Source: an uncultured Verrucomicrobiae bacterium | Lineage (GTDB): Bacteria > Verrucomicrobiota > Verrucomicrobiia > Chthoniobacterales > UBA10450 | Direction: 5' to 3' | Assembly: GCA_963726745.1 (NCBI GenBank) | Contig: CAVSDR010000003.1 | Location: 160,001-224,000 of the forward strand | Length of the DNA: 64,000 bases | Shown here: positions 36,667-46,846 of the stretch, in pieces | How the letters are laid out: every line of letters begins with the position of its first letter | Numbering within the stretch: the stretch's first letter is position 1 | The notes under the pieces: generated by a model | What the model saw: only the letters and a program-made list of their open reading frames with translations | Database searches by the model: none | Told to the model about the DNA's origin: nothing | Program-made: the position numbers and the translations under genes

Positions 36667-39132
36667 TTAAACCGCCGCGTCGAGGTCGACGAGAATCTCG
36701 CGCGGCTTCGCGCCTTCGCCGGGCCCCAAAATGCCGCGCTGCTCCAGAATGTCAACGATCCGGGCCGCGCGCGTATAGCCCAGCCGCAAGCGGCGTTGCA
36801 GCAGCGAAGTAGAGGCGCGTTTCTCCTGACGGATAATTTCGAGACATTTCTCGACCAGCTCCTCGTCTTCTTCGGTCACGTCCTCGCCTTCTTCGCCCGA
36901 CATCCCGCCGGCTAATTTCTCGCTGATCGCGAGGTCGTAGGCTGGCGGGCTCTGCGCGCCGACAAACTCGACCAGCCGCTTGATCTCGTCGTCGGTCACA
37001 AGCACGCCCTGCGCGCGGATCAGGCGCGAAGTGCTCGGCGGGAGATAGAGCATGTCGCCCTGGCCTAACAAGCGGTCGGCGCCGTTCTCGTCCAGGATCA
37101 CGCGGCTGTCGATCTTGCTCGCAACCTGGAAGGCGATGCGGCTGGGAATATTCGCCTTGATCACGCCGGTGATGACATCCGCGCGCGGCGTTTGCGTGGC
37201 CACGATCAAGTGAATTCCGGCGGCGCGCGCCATCTGCGTGATCCGCGCGATCGCGCTTTCCACATCGGCCGGCGCGGTCTGCATGAGGTCGGCTAATTCG
37301 TCAATGATCACGACGATATACGGCAGCTTCTCCGGGATGATTGGCTCGTCGTCGCGCGGGACGACGATGTTCAGCTTCTGGGTGTATTCCTCGACCGAGC
37401 CCATTGGCGGCTTTTCCTCGAGCGGCAATTGTTCGCCCTTCGCTTCGGCTTCTTCGTCGAGTTCCCGCTGCGTTTTCTTCTTCGGCCGGCCGTTGAAGCT
37501 GGTGATATTGCGCACGCCGGTCTTGGCGAAAATCTTGTAGCGATTCTCCATTTCCAAAATCACGTGGCGCAGCGCGAGCAGCACTTTCTTCGGATCGGTC
37601 ACCACCGGGATGATGAGATGCGGCAGCTCGTTGTAGACCTGCATCTCGACCACCTTCGGATCGATCATGATGAAGCGGAGCTCATCCGGGGTGAAGCGGT
37701 AGAGCATCGAGGCGATGAGCGCGTTGATACAGACGCTCTTGCCGCTGCCGGTGGTCCCGGCGACGAGCAAATGCGGCATCTGCGCGAGGTCGGCGATGAT
37801 GGTTTTGCCGTAAACATCCTTGCCCAAAGCGATGGGTAATTTCTGCTTCGCGTCCGTCCAATCAGGTGACTGCATCAGCTCGCGCAGCGTCACCTTGACC
37901 TTGCGGCTATTCGCCAGCTCGATGCCGACGGTGTCCTTGCCGGGAATGGGCGCGAGGATGTTGATTCGCTCCGCGCGCGTGGCCCGGGCGAGGTCGCGCT
38001 CGAGGCTCACGATCTTGTCCACGCGCACGCCTTTGGCCGGATAAACTTCGTAGCGGGTGATCGTGGGGCCGCGGGTGATATCGCCCGGCGCGACCGAGAT
38101 GCCGAACTGCAGGAGCGTGTCGATCAAGGTCGCCTGGATGCGCTCGAGCTCCGCGGGATCCGCGGCCACGCGGCCCTCGAGATCGTGCTCGTCGAGCAGG
38201 TCGAGGCCAGGAAGTTCGTAGTTTTCGAGATCGATTTTGGCACTCGTTAGACCATCGAGGCTTTTGTTGCCGGATTTGTCTTTGCCGCGGAGTTCTGCCA
38301 ACGACGGCTTCTTTTTCGCAGCCGGCAATTCCGTCGGCAGCGCGGTGGTATCGACCACTTTTGGCTTCGGACGATTCGCCAATTCCTCCGAAACAGACAG
38401 CGCGCTCGCCGGCTCCGGGACGGGCGCGCCTTTCTTCTTCAGCTGCCGCTCGATCGAGCGCTGCTGCTTGGCAAGCTCGCGCTGGCTGATTTCCAATTGC
38501 CCCTTGAGGTCGGTGCGCTGAAGGCTGCGCTTCAGGCGCCAATTGCGGTAGTCCGCCACGCTCCGGCGCATCCCGGCGACGCCTTCGCGCACCAGGTGAA
38601 TCGGCCGCAGGCCGGTCATCATGATCAAGCTCGTGAGGTAGAGTCCGCTCAGGAGAAGGAGCGAGCCGACCTGCCCCATGAGCAGCAGGAAGATGTGCCG
38701 CCCGAAATAGTAGCCGACCCAACCGCCCGGACCCTGGATATTAAAAAGCGTCCGCCAATCGCTCAGGAAATGCGTTTGCAGATGCAGCAGGCACGCGCCC
38801 GTGCCGACGAAAAGCGCGATCCAGCCGGCGCGCTTGCCGACGTGCAGCTGCGCGTAGAAGAGCTTGGCCGCGCCGAAGCCGAGGAGCGCCACCGCCAGCA
38901 GGTACGAAGCGCCGCCGATCATGAAGTAGGAAAAGCCGGCCACGATCGCGCCCAGCGGCCCGATGAAATTCTGCGCCGGCGAATTCGGCGAGGAAACTTT
39001 GCTGAACCAGACCCAGGCGGGTAAATCGCGGGGCGAATAGGAGATCAACGCCAGGAAAAGCAGCGTCCCGACGAAGAGGAGAATGAGCGCGAAGACTTCA
39101 TCCCAGGCATTGTTTTTCGCTGTGCGGGCCAC
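36667..39132 (-). CDS. ftsK: DNA translocase FtsK
   Basis: N-terminal TMs; AGTTGSGKS, IDPKVVE, IIDELADLM, LLGQGDML, gamma domain LQRRLRLGYTRAARI; start GTG 39132 or TTG 39141. Confidence 0.97.
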   Translation of the reverse strand: MARTAKNNAWDEVFALILLFVGTLLFLALISYSPRDLPAWVWFSKVSSPNSPAQNFIGPLGAIVAGFSYFMIGGASYLLAVALLGFGAAKLFYAQLHVGKRAGWIALFVGTGACLLHLQTHFLSDWRTLFNIQGPGGWVGYYFGRHIFLLLMGQVGSLLLLSGLYLTSLIMMTGLRPIHLVREGVAGMRRSVADYRNWRLKRSLQRTDLKGQLEISQRELAKQQRSIERQLKKKGAPVPEPASALSVSEELANRPKPKVVDTTALPTELPAAKKKPSLAELRGKDKSGNKSLDGLTSAKIDLENYELPGLDLLDEHDLEGRVAADPAELERIQATLIDTLLQFGISVAPGDITRGPTITRYEVYPAKGVRVDKIVSLERDLARATRAERINILAPIPGKDTVGIELANSRKVKVTLRELMQSPDWTDAKQKLPIALGKDVYGKTIIADLAQMPHLLVAGTTGSGKSVCINALIASMLYRFTPDELRFIMIDPKVVEMQVYNELPHLIIPVVTDPKKVLLALRHVILEMENRYKIFAKTGVRNITSFNGRPKKKTQRELDEEAEAKGEQLPLEEKPPMGSVEEYTQKLNIVVPRDDEPIIPEKLPYIVVIIDELADLMQTAPADVESAIARITQMARAAGIHLIVATQTPRADVITGVIKANIPSRIAFQVASKIDSRVILDENGADRLLGQGDMLYLPPSTSRLIRAQGVLVTDDEIKRLVEFVGAQSPPAYDLAISEKLAGGMSGEEGEDVTEEDEELVEKCLEIIRQEKRASTSLLQRRLRLGYTRAARIVDILEQRGILGPGEGAKPREILVDLDAAV

Positions 39133-39140
39133 CGGCGCCA

Positions 39141-39169
39141 ATAGTAGGCGCGCGCCCCGGGCAATTCAA
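39141..39169 (-). promoter_or_regulatory. sigma70-like promoter directly ahead of ftsK
   Basis: TTGAAT-17 nt-TACTAT-8 nt-GTG. Confidence 0.6.
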
Positions 39170-39253
39170 TGACCCACCTTTGCCATTGCAACGCGCGAGG
39201 CGGTCGTTCTTTCCACTTGCTGCGAATCTAACCGGATGGCTACTGTCCGCCCA

Positions 39254-39505
39254 ATGTCGCGCTTTTCTCCTCGCCGCCTTATCGCCACCACCGCCGCCGT
39301 CGCGCTCGTCTGTTTTTGCTCCTGTGAGCGCCATCACCCGGACGAGCTGCATTCTGAGACGCTGCAAGAGACGACCTCGCAGCACGTCGGCCAGCACCAG
39401 GACGGCGAGCACCTGAAGGCGGACAAAGGCGCTCCCGCCGCCGCCGATATGAGCCCGCTGCCTAGTTCCACGCCGGTGGAGTTTTTCCCCTCGCCCACAC
39501 CTTAA
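39254..39505 (+). CDS. small hypothetical lipoprotein
   Basis: ALVCFCSCERH lipobox-like; TACTGT 7 nt before ATG. Confidence 0.65.
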   Translation: MSRFSPRRLIATTAAVALVCFCSCERHHPDELHSETLQETTSQHVGQHQDGEHLKADKGAPAAADMSPLPSSTPVEFFPSPTP

Positions 39506-39535
39506 GCCTCAGAGTTAACCCGGAGCCCACCGACC

Positions 39536-40960
39536 ATGGCCAAGCATCAATACGCGACCAAGCCGCCAAACTTGAGCACGATGCCTCCGGGCGTGCCCTA
39601 CATCATCGGGAACGAAGCCGCGGAGCGTTTCTCGTTCTACGGGATGCGCTCGATCCTGATCGTGTTCATGACGACCTACCTGGTCAACGTGACCGGGAAG
39701 CTCGCGCCGATGGGCGATGCCGAGGCCCGCGCCTGGTTCGCCACTTTCGTCTCCGCGGTTTATTTCCTGCCGATCCTGGGCGCCATCCTCGCCGAGGGCG
39801 TTCTCGGGAAATACCGGACGATCCTCTATCTCTCGATCGTCTACTGCCTGGGCCATCTCACGCTCGCCTTCATGGACACCGATTGGGGCATCGGCTTCGG
39901 CCAGGAAAAGGTGCTCGCGATTGGCCTGGGCCTGATCGCCTTTGGCTCCGGCGGAATCAAGCCCTGCGTCTCGGCGAACGTGGGCGACCAGTTCGGCGAG
40001 TCGAACAAGCATCTCCTCTCGAAGGTCTTTGGCTGGTTCTATTTTTCGATCAACGCCGGTTCCTTCCTTTCGACCATTTTCTGCCCGTTGATGCTGGCGA
40101 ATCCCGCTTGGGGCCCGCGCTGGGCCTTCGGCATTCCCGGGGTGGCCATGTTCATCGCTACGGTTTTCTTCTGGCTCGGCCGCAAGAAATTCGTTCACAT
40201 CCCGCCGGCTGGCTGGGGCTTTGTGAAGCAGATGTTCAGCAAGGAAGGCCTCGGCGCCCTTGGACGGTTGGTGATTGTCTACATCTTTGTCGCCATCTTC
40301 TGGTCGCTCTGGGACCAAAGCTCGGGCGGTTCCTGGACGCTGCAGGCGCGGAACATGGATTTGAATTTCTTCGGCCTGCAACTGCTCCCGGCCCAGGTGC
40401 AGACGGCCAACCCGATTCTCATCCTGCTGTTTATTCCGTTGATGAACTACCTGATCTATCCCGCGATCGAGAAGGTTTTCCCGCTCACGCCGCTGCGAAA
40501 GATCGGCATCGGCCTCTTCCTCACTGGGTTCAGCTTCGTCGTCATTGCTTTCATCCAAAGCATGATCGACGCGGGCCAGCAGCCGACCATCTGGTGGCAA
40601 TTCCTCGCCTACGTCATCCTGACTGCGGGCGAGACCATGGTCTCGATCACCGGCCTCGAGCTCTCCTATACTCAGGCGCCGAACAAGATGAAGAGCGCGG
40701 TCATGGCCGCGTGGCTTTTCTGCGTCTCGTTAGGCAACGCTTTCACCGCGGGAGTGAACTTTTTCATCTCCAATCCCGACGGCAGCTCGAAGATGACCGA
40801 CTTCCACTACTACCTCTTCTTTGCGGGCTTGATGATCGTGGCCTCGCTCATCTTTGCGGTGGTCGCGAAGTTCTATCGCTACCGGACTTACCTGCAATCG
40901 CAGGAAACGCCGGCTGAAGAAGCGACCGAGCCGCTCCTCGCTGGCGGGACCCCGACCTAA
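39536..40960 (+). CDS. POT/PTR family proton-dependent oligopeptide transporter
   Basis: EAAERFSFYG (ExxER), GGIKPCVSA, FYFSINAG. Confidence 0.95.
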   Translation: MAKHQYATKPPNLSTMPPGVPYIIGNEAAERFSFYGMRSILIVFMTTYLVNVTGKLAPMGDAEARAWFATFVSAVYFLPILGAILAEGVLGKYRTILYLSIVYCLGHLTLAFMDTDWGIGFGQEKVLAIGLGLIAFGSGGIKPCVSANVGDQFGESNKHLLSKVFGWFYFSINAGSFLSTIFCPLMLANPAWGPRWAFGIPGVAMFIATVFFWLGRKKFVHIPPAGWGFVKQMFSKEGLGALGRLVIVYIFVAIFWSLWDQSSGGSWTLQARNMDLNFFGLQLLPAQVQTANPILILLFIPLMNYLIYPAIEKVFPLTPLRKIGIGLFLTGFSFVVIAFIQSMIDAGQQPTIWWQFLAYVILTAGETMVSITGLELSYTQAPNKMKSAVMAAWLFCVSLGNAFTAGVNFFISNPDGSSKMTDFHYYLFFAGLMIVASLIFAVVAKFYRYRTYLQSQETPAEEATEPLLAGGTPT

Positions 40961-41862
40961 AGTTTCGCCACCGCCGCAACCATCCGCGCGCGCATCTGCT
41001 CGTTAGGCAACGGGCCGGTGCCGGCAGTCATGTTGTCGGCTAAATGCCGCGGGTTCGAGGTCGCCGGGATCGCGCAGGTGACCGCCGGGTGCGCCACGAT
41101 CCACTTGAGGAAGAATTGCGCCCACGACTTGCAGCCAAATTCCGCCGCCCACTCCGGCAACGGCTGTGCCCGCACTCGTGGAAATAAGCCGCCGCCGCCG
41201 AAGGGCCGGTTAATGATCACCGCCACGCCACGCTCCTGCGCCAGTGGGAGGACGCGCTCCTCGGCTTCGCGTTCCATGAGCGAGTAATTAATCTGCACGA
41301 AGTCGATCGGCTCGTTCGCGAGCACGCGCGCGACTTCCGCGTGGCTCCCCGCGGTGTAATGCGTGATCCCGAGGTAGCGCAGCTTCCCCTCCTCTTTCCA
41401 CGCGCGCAGAGTCGGGAGGTGCGTCGGGAGATCGACTAAATTATGCACCTGCATCAGGTCGAGCCGTTTTGTCCGAAGCAGGTCCAACGAGCGCTGCATC
41501 GACTCGATCCCGGCTTCGCGGCCCGTGGTCCAAATCTTGGTCGCGAGAAAAAGCGGCAGCTCGAGCTTCGCCGCGAGCTCCCCCAGGACCGCTTCCGCGC
41601 GGCCATACATCGGCGAGCTGTCGACCAACTTGCCGCCTAATTTCACGAAGCTTCGCAACACTTCCTCGAGCGGCGCGCGTTCGGCGGCGGAAGCGCCCAC
41701 GTCAAACGTCTGCCACGTTCCCAAGCCGATAACCGGCAACTTCTCGCCCGATGAAGGGATGGAGCGCTCGAGCATGGCGACACTTTCCGCGCGCCCCGAC
41801 GGAAGGAGCAAGCCAGCAGCTCCACCGACGAGGATGCGCGTCGCCGCCCGCCGCGTGATCAT
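40957..41862 (-). CDS. aldo/keto reductase with twin-arginine-like N-terminus
   Basis: TRR leader; IGLGTW, DSSPMYG, LATK, DLMQVH, AIPATS. Confidence 0.9.
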   Translation of the reverse strand: MITRRAATRILVGGAAGLLLPSGRAESVAMLERSIPSSGEKLPVIGLGTWQTFDVGASAAERAPLEEVLRSFVKLGGKLVDSSPMYGRAEAVLGELAAKLELPLFLATKIWTTGREAGIESMQRSLDLLRTKRLDLMQVHNLVDLPTHLPTLRAWKEEGKLRYLGITHYTAGSHAEVARVLANEPIDFVQINYSLMEREAEERVLPLAQERGVAVIINRPFGGGGLFPRVRAQPLPEWAAEFGCKSWAQFFLKWIVAHPAVTCAIPATSNPRHLADNMTAGTGPLPNEQMRARMVAAVAKL

Positions 41863-42471
41863 CTACTCGAGCGCCGCGATCGCGGCCATCACGCGCTCGC
41901 TCAGTTGCTGGTAAACGTCTTTCCCGCGCGCACTCAATTCCTCGTCCGTAAAACGAATCGGCTCGCCGATGACCACGCGAATGGGATGGAAGCGCAGCTT
42001 CGAACTTCCGCGCGGCAGCGCCTCGTGCGCGCCGAAAATCCGCATCGGCAAAACTGGCGCGCGCGTCTTCGCGATCACGAAGCCGATGCCCGGGAGCGCC
42101 GGTTGCAAGTTGCCGTCTAAAGTCCGCGCGCCTTCCGGGAAAACCACCGTCGCATGCCCCGCTTTCAGGATTCGAATCAACGCTTTCAAGGCGCTGCGGT
42201 CGGTCCCTTCCTGGTCCACCGGGACGACATTCAGCTTCGGCAAAAGCCAGCCGAGCACGGGTGCATCGAGGAGTGTCTTGCGCGCGAGAAAATAAGTTTC
42301 GCGCCCGGAGGCAACGCCGGCCAGCGGCGGGTCGAGATAGCTTTGGTGATTCATCGCCAGGATCACCGGGCCCTCAAGGATGCGATGCTCGCGATGCTCG
42401 ACGTGGAAGCGAAAAAAGAGGCGGCCGATCGCCTTCGCGAGGTGGTAGCCGGTCCAGAACCAGAGATTCAT
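41863..42471 (-). CDS. plsC: 1-acyl-sn-glycerol-3-phosphate acyltransferase
   Basis: NHQSYLDP, FPEGART. Confidence 0.9.
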   Translation of the reverse strand: MNLWFWTGYHLAKAIGRLFFRFHVEHREHRILEGPVILAMNHQSYLDPPLAGVASGRETYFLARKTLLDAPVLGWLLPKLNVVPVDQEGTDRSALKALIRILKAGHATVVFPEGARTLDGNLQPALPGIGFVIAKTRAPVLPMRIFGAHEALPRGSSKLRFHPIRVVIGEPIRFTDEELSARGKDVYQQLSERVMAAIAALE

Positions 42472-43145
42472 CTGGCCGAAGGCAGCGCGAGGCCTTTGCT
42501 CTTCAAGCGTTCGATGATCTCGCGCACGACTTCCTCGATACTAATGGCGGAGCTGTCGATAATGTGCGCATCGCTCGCGATCGTCAGCGGCGAGGCGCGG
42601 CGGGAAGAGTCGGCGCGATCGCGGGCGGCGATGCGGTCGGTTTGTCCCTGGTCCGCGCGGCGCTTCGCGCGAATCTCCTGCGAGGCATCGATGTAAAACT
42701 TGTAGGGCGTGTGCGGGAAAACGGCCGAGCCAATGTCGCGACCTTCCATGACCACGTCGTCCTGCAAGGCATAGGCGCGCATCTTTTCCACGAGCACTTC
42801 GCGCACATGGGCCACACTGCTGACCGGCGAAACGGATTCGTTCACGCTCTGGTCGCGCATGTGCTCGGTCGGGTCGATGCCGTCGATGCAGATGCGGGAC
42901 GAGCGCTCTTCCAGGTCGCAGACGATATTGGCTTCATCGGTCGCCCGGGCGACCGCCGCGACATCGAAGGGGTCGATCCCGCGAGCGAGCACATACCAGG
43001 TGATCGCGCGATACATCGCGCCGGAGTTTACGTAAAGAAAACCGAGCCGCTCCGCGAGCATGCGGGCGACGCTGCTTTTCCCGGAGGCGGCCGGGCCGTC
43101 GATCGCGACCACCCGGTGAAACGCAGGCGCGGCGCTACTCGTCAT
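42468..43145 (-). CDS. cmk: cytidylate kinase
   Basis: AIDGPAASGKS, SGAMYRA, MEGRDIG. Confidence 0.96.
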   Translation of the reverse strand: MTSSAAPAFHRVVAIDGPAASGKSSVARMLAERLGFLYVNSGAMYRAITWYVLARGIDPFDVAAVARATDEANIVCDLEERSSRICIDGIDPTEHMRDQSVNESVSPVSSVAHVREVLVEKMRAYALQDDVVMEGRDIGSAVFPHTPYKFYIDASQEIRAKRRADQGQTDRIAARDRADSSRRASPLTIASDAHIIDSSAISIEEVVREIIERLKSKGLALPSAR

Positions 43146-44487
43146 CGGCACGCGAAGGGGTCAGCGAGCTGATGACCGGGGTGGTGACGCGCGCCCGTTT
43201 CGTGTTCATGAAATCCTCGAGCGCCTTGCCAAACTCGGGATACGACTCTTCCACGCATTGCGCATCCTGCACGATGGTCTCGCCATCGGCAAAAAGTCCT
43301 GCCACCGCGAAAGCCATGGCAATGCGGTGATCGCCGAAGCTGGCCACGCGCGCGCCGCGGAGCGAACCGCGCCCGTGGATTTCCAAGCCATCGTTTAACT
43401 CGATCACCTGTGCGCCCATCGCGCGAAGATTGTGCGCGATCGCCGCGATGCGGTCGGTTTCTTTCACACGCAATTCCTGTGCGTGCCGGATGGTGGTGGT
43501 GCCGCTGGCGAGCGCGCCGGCGACCGCGAGGATCGGGAGCTCGTCGATCACCTGTGGGATTTCTTTCCCCTGGATGACCGTGCCCTTGAGCGCGGCGCCG
43601 GTTACTTCCACGGTCCCGCGCGGTTCGATCTGGTCGACATCCTCGATCGCCTCACGCACCTGCGCGCCCATGCGCACGAGCACGCCGAGAAGGGCAGTGC
43701 GGGTGTCGTTCAAGCCCACATCCCTAACGAGTAGTCGGCCGCCCGGCTGGACCGCGGCCGCGACCAGCCAAAAAGCAGCCGACGAGATGTCGCCCGGGAT
43801 GGTGAAGTCGCGCGACTCCGGCGTTTGGTCGCCGAAGATGGTGATCCCGCCGTCTTCCTCCTTGACCGTGCGCACGAGAAAATAGTTCAGCATCAGCTCG
43901 GTGTGATTCCGGCTGGGCGAGGGCTCGGTCACGGTGGTTTTGCCCTTGGCAAAAAGCCCGGCGAGCAGGAGCGCGCTCTTGATTTGCGCGCTGGAGATGG
44001 GCGAAGCGTACTCGATCCCGCGCAGCTTCGAGCCGGTGATGCGCAAAGGCGCAGTGTCGTTAGGCCCCTCGGCGCTGAGGAGCGCGCCCATTTCTCGCAA
44101 CGGGGTAATGACGCGCTCCATCGGGCGGCGGCCGAGCGTGGCGCCACTGACCAGCCGGCTGTCAAACGGCTGGCCCGCCAGCAAGCCCGCGAGCAGGCGC
44201 ATGGTCGTGCCGGAGTTTCCGCAATCGATGTCGCCCGGCGGTGCGGTCAGGAGCCGACGTTTGCCGTGGACGATGAGCATGTCCGGCTCCGGTTGCTCGA
44301 TGCGAATCCCGAGCGCGCGCAAAGCTTGCACCGTGCGCAGGCAATCTTCGCTCGCGAGGAAACCGCGGAGCACGCAGACGCCATTGGAAAGCGCGGCGAT
44401 GATCACGGCCCGGTGCGAGATGCTTTTATCACCGGGGACGATGATCTCGGCGTCGATGCGCGGGGCTCGTTTTACGCGGAATTCCAT
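43135..44487 (-). CDS. aroA: 3-phosphoshikimate 1-carboxyvinyltransferase
   Basis: PGDKSISHR, CGNSGTTMR, SAQIKS, ELRVKETDR, DHRIAM. Confidence 0.97.
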   Translation of the reverse strand: MEFRVKRAPRIDAEIIVPGDKSISHRAVIIAALSNGVCVLRGFLASEDCLRTVQALRALGIRIEQPEPDMLIVHGKRRLLTAPPGDIDCGNSGTTMRLLAGLLAGQPFDSRLVSGATLGRRPMERVITPLREMGALLSAEGPNDTAPLRITGSKLRGIEYASPISSAQIKSALLLAGLFAKGKTTVTEPSPSRNHTELMLNYFLVRTVKEEDGGITIFGDQTPESRDFTIPGDISSAAFWLVAAAVQPGGRLLVRDVGLNDTRTALLGVLVRMGAQVREAIEDVDQIEPRGTVEVTGAALKGTVIQGKEIPQVIDELPILAVAGALASGTTTIRHAQELRVKETDRIAAIAHNLRAMGAQVIELNDGLEIHGRGSLRGARVASFGDHRIAMAFAVAGLFADGETIVQDAQCVEESYPEFGKALEDFMNTKRARVTTPVISSLTPSRADDE

Positions 44488-44623
44488 GTGCCTATGAGTT
44501 CGTGCCGGCATCCGCCGAGGGCGGCACGATTATCGGAAATTCGCGCGCGGTGCCTAGCATCGGCAGAACGCCGGAGTTGTCCAGCGCGAGCACGCCGGAC
44601 GGTTCGACCCGCAGGACGACTCG

Positions 44624-45058
44624 TTAGGGAACGAGGAAGATTTTCCCGGTGTAGGGATCCTTCACTTCCGTGCCCGGAGCGTAGCCGCGCACGTCGGTCA
44701 TCTTGTCGGGTGAAAACGGGCTGCGGACAAAGCCGGGCTTCCCAGGAACCGGAATGGCGTAGGGATAATCACCCTTCGCCGTCGTCTGCGTGGCCGGCTG
44801 GCTTGGAGGATTATTTGACGGCGCCGAGACAGCTTCGGTCGTGGTGCTCTCGTGCAGCGCCGGCGCAGAGCCGGTCGTCGTGGTCGTGGTCGTTACGCCA
44901 TCTTCGGCGAACGGCTGGGGCTGCGCAGGATATTGCGTCTGCTGCGGGGTGGGATATTTCGCGACCGGGCGGCGAACATTCCGCCGGGGCGGCTCATCGA
45001 TTTCGCAGGAGGTGAGGGCAAAAGCCGCGAGCAGACCGATCGAGAGCGCAAGTTTCAT
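44624..45058 (-). CDS. hypothetical lipoprotein
   Basis: ALTSC lipobox, disordered linker, compact C-terminal PVPGKPGFVRSP..DVRG..GTEVKDPYTGKIFLVP. Confidence 0.8.
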   Translation of the reverse strand: MKLALSIGLLAAFALTSCEIDEPPRRNVRRPVAKYPTPQQTQYPAQPQPFAEDGVTTTTTTTGSAPALHESTTTEAVSAPSNNPPSQPATQTTAKGDYPYAIPVPGKPGFVRSPFSPDKMTDVRGYAPGTEVKDPYTGKIFLVP

Positions 45059-45197
45059 AGGCGATAGGACGAACAGGCTTGGTTCTAATTCAATGTCGCA
45101 GGGCTGACAATGGCTAATTACCCGCGGCGCAGGGGCGTGCGCTCGAGAAAAAAATAGCTGGGTGCAGAGCGGCGCTTCCGAAACTATCAGTGAAACA

Positions 45198-46367
45198 ATG
45201 GCGGCTCACGGCGGACCGGAAATCCTGGTGGTAGATGACGATCCGCTGAGCCGGCGTCTCCTGACGCGCACTCTCACCGCGGCCGGTTTCCACTGCCGGG
45301 AATCGACCGATGGAAGCGATGCCTTGCGGCAATTACACGACAAGTTGCCCGCGCTCGTGCTGCTCGATTTCGACATGCCGGGAATCAACGGCGCCCAAGT
45401 GCTCGAACGCCTCCGCGCGGATCCCGATCCGCAGGTCGCGCAGTTGCCTGCGATCATGCTCACGGGCCATGGCGGCGAGGAAAGCGAAGTCCATTGCCTC
45501 GAAGCGGGTGCGAATGACTTCGTGACCAAGCCGATCAACGACGCCGTCCTGCGCGCGCGCATCGAGACGCAGCTGCGCTTGCAATCCTTGCGCCGGCAAT
45601 TGCAGCAGCAGAACGACGAACTCGAAGCCTGGCGGACGAATCTCGAGCGCGACCTCGAGGCGGCGCGCCTGACCCAGCAATCGCTGATTCCGCAGAGAGG
45701 CCCGGCCCTCGACGGCTGGGAAGTGGCCGCGGTTTATCGGCCGGTCATTCAGGTAGGCGGCGACATCTACGGCTGGCTGCGGCTGGCTGACGGGCGGACG
45801 CTTTTCTGGATGGTCGACGCCACCGGGCACGGCGCTTCCGCGGCCTTGCTCACGACCCTGGCCAAATTGCTTTTCCATCACGGCGGAATGGAGCATTCGA
45901 ACCCGGCCGCGATCATGCGCGCGGTCAACGACGACTTCCGCAGCATCTTCGGCGCGCGCTCGTTCATGACCGCAATGTGCGTCGCGCTCGACCCGCAGAC
46001 CGGCGCGGCCGCCGTCGTGGGCGCCGGCCATCCCCCGCTCTTCTTGCGCCGGCGCGACGGGCGCACGGAAGCGGTGGCTTCCTCGGCGCCGCCTTTGGGA
46101 TTAATGGAGCGCACGGAGTTTGCCGAGAGCGCGATCGAGGTCGGCCCGGGCGATGCCTTCCTGCTTTATACCGATGGGCTCTTCGGCGCGGAAAACGCGC
46201 ACGGTCCGCGGCTCACTCCAGAGAAGCTGGCGCAATTGCTCGCCAGCCCGGGGGCAGATGCACAGGCATTGCTCGATCGTGTCCTGGCGCACACCCTGGC
46301 GGAGCATGGCGAGAAGACGCTGCCAGATGACGTGGCCGCGATTGTGGTGCGGCGCGAGGGAGAATAA
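45198..46367 (+). CDS. response-regulator receiver + PP2C/SpoIIE phosphatase
   Basis: VVDDD, LLDFDMPG, FVTKP; VGGDIY, DATGHG, AGHPP, YTDGL, DDVA. Confidence 0.92.
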   Translation: MAAHGGPEILVVDDDPLSRRLLTRTLTAAGFHCRESTDGSDALRQLHDKLPALVLLDFDMPGINGAQVLERLRADPDPQVAQLPAIMLTGHGGEESEVHCLEAGANDFVTKPINDAVLRARIETQLRLQSLRRQLQQQNDELEAWRTNLERDLEAARLTQQSLIPQRGPALDGWEVAAVYRPVIQVGGDIYGWLRLADGRTLFWMVDATGHGASAALLTTLAKLLFHHGGMEHSNPAAIMRAVNDDFRSIFGARSFMTAMCVALDPQTGAAAVVGAGHPPLFLRRRDGRTEAVASSAPPLGLMERTEFAESAIEVGPGDAFLLYTDGLFGAENAHGPRLTPEKLAQLLASPGADAQALLDRVLAHTLAEHGEKTLPDDVAAIVVRREGE

Positions 46368-46427
46368 CGCGCCCAGAGCGCAAAATTTAGTGTTGCCCTG
46401 CTATGGGCCACGGATTAATCAGCCTCT

Positions 46428-46727
46428 ATGCCGAAAACCACTTCCTCTGCGAAAGCACCCGCTAAACGTAAACCGAACCCGGCCTTCATGCGTCCGGTCC
46501 AGCCAGACGACAAGCTGGCCGAAATCGTCGGTTCCAAACCCCTCCCGCGCTCTGAACTGACCAAGAAGCTCTGGGATTACATCAAGAAAAACAATCTGCA
46601 GGACAAAAAGAAGCGCACGCAGATCAACGCCGACGACGCGCTCAAGCCCGTCTTCAATGGCAAGACTCAGGTGAGCATGTTCGAGATGACCAAGCTCGTC
46701 TCCGGCCACATCAAAGCGACTGCCTAA
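46428..46727 (+). CDS. stand-alone SWIB/MDM2 domain protein
   Basis: LAEIVG..PRSELTKKLWDYIKKNNLQD..INADDAL..VSMFEMTKLVSGH. Confidence 0.92.
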   Translation: MPKTTSSAKAPAKRKPNPAFMRPVQPDDKLAEIVGSKPLPRSELTKKLWDYIKKNNLQDKKKRTQINADDALKPVFNGKTQVSMFEMTKLVSGHIKATA

Positions 46728-46757
46728 ACCCCCACCCTTACCAAAAAATTCCCCACG

Positions 46758-46790
46758 AGCCCGGCGTTTTACACGCCGGGCTTCTGTTGT
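46758..46790 (+). terminator. putative terminator hairpin
   Basis: AGCCCGGCGT-TTTAC-ACGCCGGGCT then TCTGTTGT. Confidence 0.7.
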
Positions 46791-46846
46791 ACTGGAGGCG
46801 CGCAAGCGTCCTTGCACCCGGGCCGAAGCTGCGGAAAACTGAGGCC

